Both the position numbers and the translations under genes were made by a program. A stretch of 64,000 bases of DNA, from assembly GCA_044224875.1 (NCBI GenBank), contig JBGAJQ010000006.1:76802-140801 (forward strand), given 5' to 3'. Source of the DNA: Gemmatimonadaceae bacterium (GTDB lineage Bacteria; Gemmatimonadota; Gemmatimonadetes; Gemmatimonadales; Gemmatimonadaceae). How positions within the stretch are numbered: the first letter of the stretch is position 1; the number at the start of each line of letters is the position of its first letter. Under the pieces are notes generated by a model. That model searched no databases and was not told where the DNA came from. It worked only from the letters and a program-made list of their open reading frames with translations. Shown piece by piece: positions 30,077 to 39,193 of this stretch.

Positions 30077-30873
30077 GGCGTCCCCCCGCGCGTCGTCAAC
30101 GACAATGCCGGACCCAGCGACTGCTCCTTTCGCCACCGGCTGAGCTCACGCGAAAATCGGTAACGCAAGAGGGAACGAAAGAACTCCCAGCACGTCGTCG
30201 CACGCACGTGCGACAGCCCGCTGCCACGCATCCGGGCGAACACGTTGTATTCGAGCACGCGAACACCAAGGTAGTGCGCTTTGATCATGATCTCTGGATC
30301 GAGGAACCACTGCCGGCTCGTGAGGGACATCCGAAGCACCACTTCGCGCGGCATGATCTTCGGCAAGCCATTGATGTCCAGTGACTCCACGCCAGGCCAC
30401 AGCAGCCGGAAGAACGTGTTGTAGGCGATGGAGACGAACTTCCTGGACATACCATCCATGCGGAATCGCCGTCGCGCCTTCGCGATCACCGGCTCGCCAC
30501 AGGCCACCGCATCCTCGAACAGCCGGACGGCATCCTCAGCGTCCACCTGGCCGTCGGCTGGAATCACACCAATCCAGGGCGCCGAGCAACGAGGGATGCC
30601 GGTCAGGATGCCGTTACCGTATCCGACATTCACGTCCACTCGCTCGAGGACGATGTTCGGATGCTGGGACATCGCCTCGCGAATCAGGTCGCCCGTGCGA
30701 TCCTTCGATCCATTGTCCACCGCTACGAGCTCCAAGGCGATCTCTGCTCGCTCGAAGGCCGCCAGGACGCGCTTGATCGTTTGCGCAACAATCGCTTCCT
30801 CGTTGTAGCACGGCATCACGAGGGAGAGCTCAGGTGTTCGACGTCCCACGACGGGTGCGGTCAACGCGTCCAC
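30073..30873 (-). CDS. GT2, dolichol-phosphate-mannose-synthase-like glycosyltransferase
   Basis: LSLVMPCYNEE, VDNGSKDRT, NVGYG, PADGQ and R..G.S motifs. Confidence 0.88.
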   Translation of the reverse strand: MDALTAPVVGRRTPELSLVMPCYNEEAIVAQTIKRVLAAFERAEIALELVAVDNGSKDRTGDLIREAMSQHPNIVLERVDVNVGYGNGILTGIPRCSAPWIGVIPADGQVDAEDAVRLFEDAVACGEPVIAKARRRFRMDGMSRKFVSIAYNTFFRLLWPGVESLDINGLPKIMPREVVLRMSLTSRQWFLDPEIMIKAHYLGVRVLEYNVFARMRGSGLSHVRATTCWEFFRSLLRYRFSRELSRWRKEQSLGPALSLTTRGGTP

Positions 30874-30898
30874 CGACGGGAATCGTTAGGTACGCACT

Positions 30899-31867
30899 TC
30901 ATGCGAAGGGCCGGTAGAGGACGGCGGCGCAATACAGTCCCCACAACACCACGTCCGCCAGCAGCGCCTTGTCTGTCAACAATGTCTCGGCGGGGTTTCC
31001 GCCCTCGCGGCGGTGCACCAGGTACAGGTATCGCAGGACGCCGTACAGCACAAACACCGTGCTGTACGACAGGGCCGAAGATCCGACCTGTCGAGACGTC
31101 TCCGACTCGACCGTATACATGATGTACGACACCACGGTCACCGCCAGCAGGACCACCGACAGCTGGTCCAGGAACGGCATGGTGTACTGCGACAGGACGG
31201 CCCGATGCTCAGCCGATTCGTTGCCTAACAAGACCAGCTCATGCCGGCGCTTGGCAAAACCCAGGTAAAGAGCCAGGAGCCCGCCGCAGAGTAGCAGCCA
31301 CACCGACGGCGTCACTTGTACGGCCGCGGCTCCGGCAAGGATGCGCAACACAAAGAAGGAAGCGATCGCGAATACATCCACGATCACGACCTTCTTGAGA
31401 TACAGGCCGTACAGCACGTTGATCGCGAGGTACGTCACGGCGATCAACCCCACGCTTGGCGAGAGAGTGAACGCCAGGGCCACGGCTCCAAGCAGCAGGC
31501 CGCTCGCCGTGACCAGTGCCGCCACCGGCGATATCAACCCCGATGCGACCGGTCGTAGACGTTTCACCGGGTGCGCCCGATCGGACTCACGGTCGATGAC
31601 ATCGTTGAAAGCGTACACCCCGCTCGCCAATACGCAGAACACGGCGAACGCGGCCAGCGCGCGCAGGCCTGAAGCGACGTCGGTGGCTCGTCCAGAAAAG
31701 AGCAGCGGAAGCAAGATGAAGAAGTTCTTCAACCACTGCCGAGGGCGCAGCATCCGGACCCATGCGCCCGCCACGCCGCTGGTCGGCATGGACGCGGCGT
31801 TGGTAACCATGGACGCCGATTGCGTCGCACCCAAGGCGACGTGACGGTCGTTCACGGATTCGGCCAT
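30899..31867 (-). CDS. Decaprenyl-phosphate phosphoribosyltransferase (UbiA prenyltransferase family)
   Basis: RPRQWLKN, YAFNDVIDRESDRAHPVKRLRPVASG, S.WLLLC and KRRHE motifs. Confidence 0.88.
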   Translation of the reverse strand: MAESVNDRHVALGATQSASMVTNAASMPTSGVAGAWVRMLRPRQWLKNFFILLPLLFSGRATDVASGLRALAAFAVFCVLASGVYAFNDVIDRESDRAHPVKRLRPVASGLISPVAALVTASGLLLGAVALAFTLSPSVGLIAVTYLAINVLYGLYLKKVVIVDVFAIASFFVLRILAGAAAVQVTPSVWLLLCGGLLALYLGFAKRRHELVLLGNESAEHRAVLSQYTMPFLDQLSVVLLAVTVVSYIMYTVESETSRQVGSSALSYSTVFVLYGVLRYLYLVHRREGGNPAETLLTDKALLADVVLWGLYCAAVLYRPFA

Positions 31868-32352
31868 GCGTGAGGCAAGTCAGCGCGCAAACAGGTGCGT
31901 CCGGGAGTATGGGGAAGCGGTTTGATCAAATCGCAGAACGTGGTCGCAAGTTCTGTGAACCCGACCATTTCACGCTCAAGAGGCCTCAAAAGCAACGACG
32001 TGCCATGAACTTAGGGCTCGTTCAAGGCAACAAGAAGCACGTTGTTACCTATCGAGTGCGTGGCGGATTGGCAACAGGTATGAGACGCCTGTTGCCGCCT
32101 GCCGACAGTCCGTCAGCTGAAGTAGCCGAGAGCTGCGCCCCTCTCTCCCCTCCGAGCATGCATGCAGCTGCTTGTCGCGTAACAAGATGTATCGCCACAC
32201 CAACAATTCCGCCGGGACTTCCTCAGGCGGTTCCAACCTTGCATGAACGGAATGCACAACCAGTCAGTTTTTGCCGAGCTCGCGAAACACTGAAGATGTC
32301 AGTTCCTGACCTGGTTTCGCGCTTCTCGTAAGACTTCCCAACTCGCGATCAA

Positions 32353-32931
32353 ATGCTCGCAACGCAGGCAACAGCCGCCGAAAGATCCGTCAATACAAGA
32401 TTCTCACGCGAAAGCGCGAGTCTCTCCGTGGTTCTGCTCTCGTTGGGCAGTCGCAACGAGCTGGAACGGGCGGTCAGTGTTTTAACGCCCTCGCTTCGAC
32501 GCTTTGGGGCGCAGTTGGTGGTGGCGCGTGCAGACGACGACGCGACCGCGCCGGGCTTGAATCAGGATATGCCGGTGTCATTTATCCGGGCTCCTAAAGG
32601 GACCGACCGGGCGGCACTTTGCGATATGGCGATGGCCGCCGCAACGGGCGATATCGTTGCCTTACGCGAAGATACGTCGGTCCGCGACTCCGAGTGGATG
32701 GAGTCTTTTTCTGGCTCAGTCCGCTCGAGCGGGCCAGTCGAGGCGGTCGTGTCCGACCACGACTTGGTGGCGATCGGCAGGCAGTCGGATTCTCTGACGG
32801 TGGCTGAGCCAACGCCCCGGCCCGAGGCAGGCATCAGCATAGAGCCATCACCAGCGCACAAGACCCGAATCTCGGTCCCGCTTGCGGAGCGACGCTCGGA
32901 GAATCGACGGGTCGTCGCTCGGGACGCCTAG
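32353..32931 (+). CDS. Hypothetical protein with a truncated/degenerate GT2-like N-terminal domain
   Basis: LSVVL...ELERAV...LVVA...AATGDIVALRED resembles a GT-A N-terminus; followed by a low-complexity tail. Confidence 0.6.
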   Translation: MLATQATAAERSVNTRFSRESASLSVVLLSLGSRNELERAVSVLTPSLRRFGAQLVVARADDDATAPGLNQDMPVSFIRAPKGTDRAALCDMAMAAATGDIVALREDTSVRDSEWMESFSGSVRSSGPVEAVVSDHDLVAIGRQSDSLTVAEPTPRPEAGISIEPSPAHKTRISVPLAERRSENRRVVARDA

Positions 32932-33441
32932 TTCGGCCGCTGGGTCCGGGAGCACGGCGGACCGGCCTCCAGATCGGTTGCCAACCGCGGGGCGCGATCT
33001 CTCGATGCCGGACACAGTTGCTTCAGCACAACAAGTTGACGTGATCGCGCCCCATACTGTTGCAACACCGTCGATCTCGGCAGTACCCACAGGGCTTGGC
33101 GGCTGGTGCGGCGCCGCTTTGTCCTTACGGACTGTGCTGCAATCACTTGGGCTCCCTGTTGCCGGGGCAGTTCACGTCGAGCAATCGCGTGCGCTTCCAC
33201 CACTAAGGCTTTTTCAACCCGCTGAACGGGCTCCCGCCATAAACCCCACGTCCGAATAAACGCTGAGGTTCTGCTGGTCCCTTTCCTGCTGATATCACGG
33301 TGTCGCTCGGCGAGGTGAGCCGTGGCCGGACAATAGGCAGGTCGTTGCAGTTGCTGGACTTATTCGTCGTCGCAAGGGATCGTCGCGCGAGCTCCATCGC
33401 TCGGTGTCGCTGAGCTAACACACAAGGAAAGGTCTGTAAGC

Positions 33442-34962
33442 GTGAGCCGAACGATAGAAGGGCAGGTGCGGCCTCGTACGGTCGATCAGCTCAAGCCGGG
33501 TGACCGCGTCGTCGTAATTGGCGCCGGACCGGCGGGGCTCACAGCGGCCTACTTGCTCGCCAAGGACGGCGTAAAGGTGACCGTCGTCGAGGCCGATGAT
33601 GTCGTCGGTGGCATCTCGCGCACGGCGCAGTACAATGGGTACCGATTCGACATCGGCGGCCACCGGTTCTTCACCAAGATCGCCCCAGTCGAGGCGCTCT
33701 GGCATGAGATCTTGGGTGAGGACTTCCTCGCAGTCCCGCGCCTGTCGCGCATTCACTACGGCGGAAAGTACTTCGACTATCCCCTAAAGGCGGGCAACGC
33801 GCTCTCTGGGCTCGGTATCTGGAACGCTGGGCTCATTGTTCTCAGCTACCTATGGGCGCACGTCCGCCCGTACCCTGTGGAAGAGACGTTCGAGCAGTGG
33901 GTCTCGAACCGATTCGGTAAGCGCCTTTACCGGATCTTCTTCAAGACGTACACGGAGAAGGTCTGGGGAATTCCGTGCAGTGAGATCCGCGCCGAGTGGG
34001 CCGCGCAGCGGATCCAGGGGTTGTCGCTGGCCAAAGCGATCCTTCACGCCGCGCAGCTTCAGAAGCGATCGGACTCGATCAAGACGCTGATTCATGAGTT
34101 TCAGTATCCACGTTTTGGCCCCGGGCAGATGTGGGAAACGGCGGCCAAGCGCGTTGAGGCGCTTGGCGGCGAAGTCCTCATGCGACATGACGCGGTGAAG
34201 CTGGAGCAACGCAATGGCCGCATTGTCGCTGTCCGCGTGAAAACGCCGGTGGGCGAGCGTCGGATCGAGGGCGATCACTTCATTTCGACCATGCCGATCC
34301 GTCACCTCGTGCGCGCGCTCGATCCGGCGCCGTCCGATTCCGTGCGGGCCGCCGGCGAAGGGCTGAACTACCGCGACTTCCTGACCGTTGCGCTCATGAT
34401 TCGGGAGGAGAACATCTTCCCAGACAACTGGATCTACATCCACACGCCGGGCGTGAAGGTCGGTCGCATCCAGAATTTCAACAACTGGAGCCAGGCGATG
34501 GTACCGGAGCCAGGTACAACGTGCGTCGGCATGGAGTACTTTTGCTTCGAGGGCGATGGGATGTGGACGAGTCGCGATGAGGACCTGATCGCGATGGCAA
34601 AGGACGAGCTGGCGGCGTTGAATCTCGCGGACAAGAGTCGCATCTTCGACGGCACCGTCGTACGCATGCCAAAGGCATATCCGGTGTACGACTCCGTGTA
34701 TTCCGACCATCTACAGACCGTGCGCGGCCACATTGATCAGGTGACCAACTTGCACACCGTCGGCCGCAACGGCATGCACAAGTACAACAATGCCGACCAC
34801 TCGATGCTCACGGCGATGATGGCGCTGGAGAACATGCGTGGGGCTTCGCATGACGTCTGGTCGGTCAATACCGACTTTGAATACCACGAGGAGCAGCGCG
34901 TCGAGGGGCAGGACAAGGGCAACGCGGCGCCGCCGCCCGCGCGTGCGTCCGCGGGCGCGTGA
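33442..34962 (+). CDS. FAD-dependent oxidoreductase, UDP-galactopyranose-mutase-like
   Basis: VIGAGPAG, FDIGGHRFF, YTEKVWG, AYPVY and GRNGMHKYNNADHSM motifs. Confidence 0.85.
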   Translation: MSRTIEGQVRPRTVDQLKPGDRVVVIGAGPAGLTAAYLLAKDGVKVTVVEADDVVGGISRTAQYNGYRFDIGGHRFFTKIAPVEALWHEILGEDFLAVPRLSRIHYGGKYFDYPLKAGNALSGLGIWNAGLIVLSYLWAHVRPYPVEETFEQWVSNRFGKRLYRIFFKTYTEKVWGIPCSEIRAEWAAQRIQGLSLAKAILHAAQLQKRSDSIKTLIHEFQYPRFGPGQMWETAAKRVEALGGEVLMRHDAVKLEQRNGRIVAVRVKTPVGERRIEGDHFISTMPIRHLVRALDPAPSDSVRAAGEGLNYRDFLTVALMIREENIFPDNWIYIHTPGVKVGRIQNFNNWSQAMVPEPGTTCVGMEYFCFEGDGMWTSRDEDLIAMAKDELAALNLADKSRIFDGTVVRMPKAYPVYDSVYSDHLQTVRGHIDQVTNLHTVGRNGMHKYNNADHSMLTAMMALENMRGASHDVWSVNTDFEYHEEQRVEGQDKGNAAPPPARASAGA

Positions 34963-34969
34963 GCTCGAG

Positions 34970-36148
34970 GTGCGGATCGGTGTGGACGCCACCAGTTGGG
35001 CGAACGGTCGGGGCTATGGGAGATTTGCGCGCGAGATCATCCGCGCGATGGCCGAGCTGAGCCCCGAACACGAGTACGTCTGTTTCGGTGACGATCGGGC
35101 GATCGATGCCTTTCCCAACCCGCCTCGCAACGTCTCCCCGGTTCGTGTGGCGCTGGCCGAATCTCCGACCACGGCGGCATCCGCCGACGGCAATCGCTCA
35201 CCCGTCGACATGTTGCGGCTGACGAGGGCGGTCTCGCGCCAGCAGCTCGACGTGTTTTTTTCGCCAACCGTGTACACCTACTTCCCGCTGCCCCCCAGGC
35301 TCCGGGCTGTGGTGACGGTCCACGACACGATTGCCGAACGCTTTCCGGAGCTTACGCTGCCGAGCGTCCGCGCTCGATTGTTCTGGAAACTCAAGGTTGG
35401 CTTGGCGATCCGACAGGCCAACGTCATCCTCACCGTGTCGCACTACTCGGCGCGTTCGATCGCGGACGTGTTTCACGTGTCGAGGGACCGCATCCACGTC
35501 GCGGTCGAGGCGCCCGCCAGCGCGTACTTTCCGAGTTCGACCGACGAGGCGATGGCCGCCGCCGAACGCGCAGGGTTGCCGCGCATGCCGGCGCCGCGAT
35601 GGTTCGTCTACGTCGGCGGCTTCAACCCGCATAAGCGATTGGATGTCATCGTTCGGGCGCATGCGCGAACCGCCAAGGCCAGCGCCAACCCACCGTACCT
35701 GCTTCTCGTGGGCACGCTGCAAGGCGACGTGTTTCACGGCGAGGCTGGCCGCATTCGCGCGCTGATCGACGAACTGGGGACGGCGCCCTTCGTGCGGTGG
35801 ACCGGCTTCCTTCCTGACGACGAGCTCCGCCAGCTGCATAGCGGCGCCACCGCCGCCGTACTCGTTTCCGAGTGTGAAGGCTTCGGCCTGCCAGCCGTTG
35901 AAGCTGCGGCATGCGGCGCACCCGTCATTGCCACCACGGAGAGTCCGCTGCCTGAGCTGCTCGCCGGCGGGGGCATCTTCGTGCGACCAGGGGATGAGGA
36001 CGCCGTGGCGCGGGCGATGGACCAGCTCCTCTCCGACGATGCGTTCAGGCGCCAACTCGGAACCCGGGCGCGGGAACGGGCCAGTGCATTGACCTGGCGG
36101 GCGGGGGCGCAGGCCGCGCTCGGTGCCCTCCTCGAGGCTGCCGCATGA
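34970..36148 (+). CDS. GT4 glycosyltransferase
   Basis: RIGVDA...GYGRF, VTVHD and EGFGLPAVEAAACGAPV motifs. Confidence 0.9.
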   Translation: MRIGVDATSWANGRGYGRFAREIIRAMAELSPEHEYVCFGDDRAIDAFPNPPRNVSPVRVALAESPTTAASADGNRSPVDMLRLTRAVSRQQLDVFFSPTVYTYFPLPPRLRAVVTVHDTIAERFPELTLPSVRARLFWKLKVGLAIRQANVILTVSHYSARSIADVFHVSRDRIHVAVEAPASAYFPSSTDEAMAAAERAGLPRMPAPRWFVYVGGFNPHKRLDVIVRAHARTAKASANPPYLLLVGTLQGDVFHGEAGRIRALIDELGTAPFVRWTGFLPDDELRQLHSGATAAVLVSECEGFGLPAVEAAACGAPVIATTESPLPELLAGGGIFVRPGDEDAVARAMDQLLSDDAFRRQLGTRARERASALTWRAGAQAALGALLEAAA

Positions 36149-37422
36149 GCGGACTGCGCTTCTGCATGCTGACGACGTTCTACCCTCCGCATTCCTTTGG
36201 CGGCGATGCCATTGGCATTCAGCGGCTCTCCAGGGGACTCGTCAGGCGCGGTCACCGCGTGACCGTCGTCCACGATACCGACGCCTACAACATTCTTCGG
36301 CGCGGTAACGAACCGCAGGTCCCTGATATCGACGATGACGAGGGGGTCGAAGTCGTGCGCCTGCGCTCGTCGTCGCCCGTGTTTTCCACCCTCCTGACGC
36401 AGCAACTGGGGCGACCGGTCGTCAACGGCAAGCGCATCCACGCCTTGATCCAGCACGGCGGATTCGATGTCGTCAACTTCCACAATGTCTCGCTGATCGG
36501 CGGGCCGGGCCTGTTCCGGTACGCAGGGGACGCAGTTTCTCTGTATATGGCCCACGAGCATTGGCTGGTCTGTCCGATGCATGTGCTGTGGCGCCATAAG
36601 AAGGAGCGCTGCACGGGACGCGAGTGTATTCGTTGCGCGATCAGCTACCGCCGGCCTCCGCAGTTGTGGCGCCAAACGGGATTCCTCGAACGAGAATTGG
36701 CCCACGTGGATGCGATCATCGCCATGAGCGAGTTCAGTCGAGCGAAACACCGGGAGTTCGGCCTGCCGCGCGACATGGAGGTCCTACCGTACTTCCTGCC
36801 CGATCCCGAATCGGAAGCTGTTCCTGAAGCAACGGGGCCTGCGCCGCACAACCGTCCGTACTTCTTCTTTGCCGGTCGACTGGAGAAGATCAAGGGATTG
36901 GACGACGTCATCCCGCTCTTTCGTGAGTACCCTGACGCCGACTTGGTCATTGCCGGTGACGGCGAATACGCCGCGGAATTGCGGGCATTGGCCAGCGGAA
37001 TGCCTAACGTAGTATTTCTCGGCCGCATTTCTCCTGAGGAACTTCGAGGTTACTATCAGCATGCGGTGGCATCCCTGGTGCCCTCTGTTTGCTTCGAGAC
37101 CTTTGGCATCGTCCTTATAGAGGCGTTCCGCCAAGGCACGCCCGTACTGGCCAGACGGCTCGGTCCCTTCCCGGAGATCATCGAGCAGTCGGGAGGCGGC
37201 GAACTCTTCTGGACCGCGGATGAGCTGCGCGCCGCCATGCAGCGGCTGCAGCGCGATCCGGGATATCGCCGTCAGCTGTCACGCGCTGGGTATCAGGCGT
37301 ACGTCGATCGTTGGACCGAACGCGCGGTCGTTCCGCGCTATCTTGACATAGTTAGGCGCGCCGCGGAGCGTCGCGGACATATGCGCGTGCTCGAGGCGCT
37401 GGCCACACAGGAGGTTGCGTGA
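36145..37422 (+). CDS. GT4 glycosyltransferase with a Cys-rich insert
   Basis: FYPP..GG, HEHWLVCP...C...C..C, GRLEKIKG and ETFGIVLIEA motifs. Confidence 0.9.
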   Translation: MSGLRFCMLTTFYPPHSFGGDAIGIQRLSRGLVRRGHRVTVVHDTDAYNILRRGNEPQVPDIDDDEGVEVVRLRSSSPVFSTLLTQQLGRPVVNGKRIHALIQHGGFDVVNFHNVSLIGGPGLFRYAGDAVSLYMAHEHWLVCPMHVLWRHKKERCTGRECIRCAISYRRPPQLWRQTGFLERELAHVDAIIAMSEFSRAKHREFGLPRDMEVLPYFLPDPESEAVPEATGPAPHNRPYFFFAGRLEKIKGLDDVIPLFREYPDADLVIAGDGEYAAELRALASGMPNVVFLGRISPEELRGYYQHAVASLVPSVCFETFGIVLIEAFRQGTPVLARRLGPFPEIIEQSGGGELFWTADELRAAMQRLQRDPGYRRQLSRAGYQAYVDRWTERAVVPRYLDIVRRAAERRGHMRVLEALATQEVA

Positions 37423-38426
37423 ACGTCTTCATCACCGGTGGATGTGGGTTCATCGGCTCTCACCTCGCCGAACGGCTGCTGGCGCGCGGTGATCGCGTGT
37501 TGGTGCTGGATGACCTTTCAACGGGTCGCATGGAGAACATCTCACACCTCATCGGCCACCCAGGGTTCGATTATCGCATTGGGTCTGCCCTCGACCTGCC
37601 GCTCGTGACGGAGTTGGTGGATCGTTGTGACTTGACCGTCCATCTCGCCGCCGCCGTTGGCGTGCGGCTCATTGTCGAGCGTCCCGTCCATACGATCGAG
37701 ACGAACGTCCGCGCAACGGAGACAGTGCTGGCAGCAGCCGCGAAAAAGCAGAAGCTGGTGGTGGTGGCGTCGACGTCCGAGGTCTACGGAAAGTCCACGC
37801 TCATCCCGTTTCGAGAGGACCACGACCTGCAACTGGGCCCGACATCACACTCGCGTTGGGCGTATGCGTGCTCCAAGGCGTTGGATGAGTGGCTGGCCCT
37901 GGCCTACTCGCACGAGAAGCACGTGCCGGTGATTGTCGTTCGCTTCTTCAATACCGTAGGCCCGCGACAAACGGGCCGTTACGGCATGGTGCTCCCCAAC
38001 TTCGCTCGGCAGGCCCTGATGAACGAACCCATCACGGTCTATGGTACCGGTGACCAATCGCGCTGCTTCGGGCACGTACAGGATGCCGTCGAAGGCCTTC
38101 TGCGCTTGATTGCGACACCACAGGCACTCAATGAAGTGTTCAACATCGGCTCCACGGAAGAGGTGTCCATCCTTCGCTTGGCGGAGCTGGTGAAAGAGGC
38201 GGCGGGGAGCTCGTCGCCGATTCAGCTCGTTCCCTACAGCGAGGCTTACGCCGCGGGATTTGAGGACATGATGCGGCGCGTCCCGGACGTCACAAAGCTC
38301 GAACGGGTCACCGGATTCAGACCTCGCACGCCGCTGTCGCAGATCATTGCCGACGTTGTCGCGGACCAGCGCGCGCGCATCAACGGTGAAGCGGGTGAGT
38401 GGCGTCTTCCGGCTGGCGCACGTTAG
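37419..38426 (+). CDS. NAD-dependent nucleotide-sugar epimerase/dehydratase
   Basis: ITGGCGFIG, ASTSEVYG, YACSK and RFFNTVGPRQ motifs. Confidence 0.9.
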   Translation: MNVFITGGCGFIGSHLAERLLARGDRVLVLDDLSTGRMENISHLIGHPGFDYRIGSALDLPLVTELVDRCDLTVHLAAAVGVRLIVERPVHTIETNVRATETVLAAAAKKQKLVVVASTSEVYGKSTLIPFREDHDLQLGPTSHSRWAYACSKALDEWLALAYSHEKHVPVIVVRFFNTVGPRQTGRYGMVLPNFARQALMNEPITVYGTGDQSRCFGHVQDAVEGLLRLIATPQALNEVFNIGSTEEVSILRLAELVKEAAGSSSPIQLVPYSEAYAAGFEDMMRRVPDVTKLERVTGFRPRTPLSQIIADVVADQRARINGEAGEWRLPAGAR

Positions 38427-38434
38427 GCAGGAAC

Positions 38435-39193
38435 ATGCGCGGCATCCTCACGTGGCACTCCCTGGACACATCGGGCTCCCCGATCTCTGTGGCGCCTCAA
38501 GTCTTTCGCCAGCAGGTGCGGTTCTTGGCTTCGGGACGTGTTCGCGTGGTTTCCCTGACCGACCTGGCGCGCCATCCGGATGACGGGAGCGACGTCGTGG
38601 CCCTAACGTTTGATGACGGATTCGCGAACGTGGGGGACTTGGCGGTGCCCCTGCTCAGGGAGCATGCGTTGACCGCGACGATCTTCGCCGTTACCGAACA
38701 CGTCGGCGGGTCAAACGACTGGGGAGGTCGGCCGTCGCCAGGGATACCCACCTTGCCACTCATGAATTGGAAGGGACTGGGCGTTGCGCTGGATGCGGGA
38801 CTCGAAATCGGCGCGCACACGCGACGACACCGAGACCTCGCAGCCGTGTCGGGGGCCGCCCTCGAAGATGAAGTCGCCGGGTGCGTCGAGGTGATTGCCG
38901 CCGAGACAGGGACGCGCCCGGTGTCGTTCGCTTACCCGTATGGCAGCACCGGACCAGGCGCCGTCGTTGCCGTGCGCGACATCTATCAGCAGGCGGTCAC
39001 GACCGAACTCCGGCTGCTTGGCGACTCGGACGACCTGGCATTGCTTCCTCGAATTGACATGTACTATTTCCGATCTTCTGGACAGCTCGAGGCGTGGGGT
39101 CGGCCGTCGTTCAAGCGCCGGTTGTGGCTGCGGGCACAAGGGCGACGTGTCCGATCGATGGTCGCGGGTTCTGGGAGTTGGAGCGCCGCATGA
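38435..39193 (+). CDS. Polysaccharide deacetylase (CE4)
   Basis: ILTWH, LTFDDG, IGAHT..H and FAYPYG motifs. Confidence 0.9.
   Translation: MRGILTWHSLDTSGSPISVAPQVFRQQVRFLASGRVRVVSLTDLARHPDDGSDVVALTFDDGFANVGDLAVPLLREHALTATIFAVTEHVGGSNDWGGRPSPGIPTLPLMNWKGLGVALDAGLEIGAHTRRHRDLAAVSGAALEDEVAGCVEVIAAETGTRPVSFAYPYGSTGPGAVVAVRDIYQQAVTTELRLLGDSDDLALLPRIDMYYFRSSGQLEAWGRPSFKRRLWLRAQGRRVRSMVAGSGSWSAA

Noticed and set aside
31991..32005. TGGCAC-N4-TTGCT as a canonical sigma54 promoter
   Set aside because: Spacing is one base short of the strict GG-N10-GC, so it is kept only as a shared-motif finding
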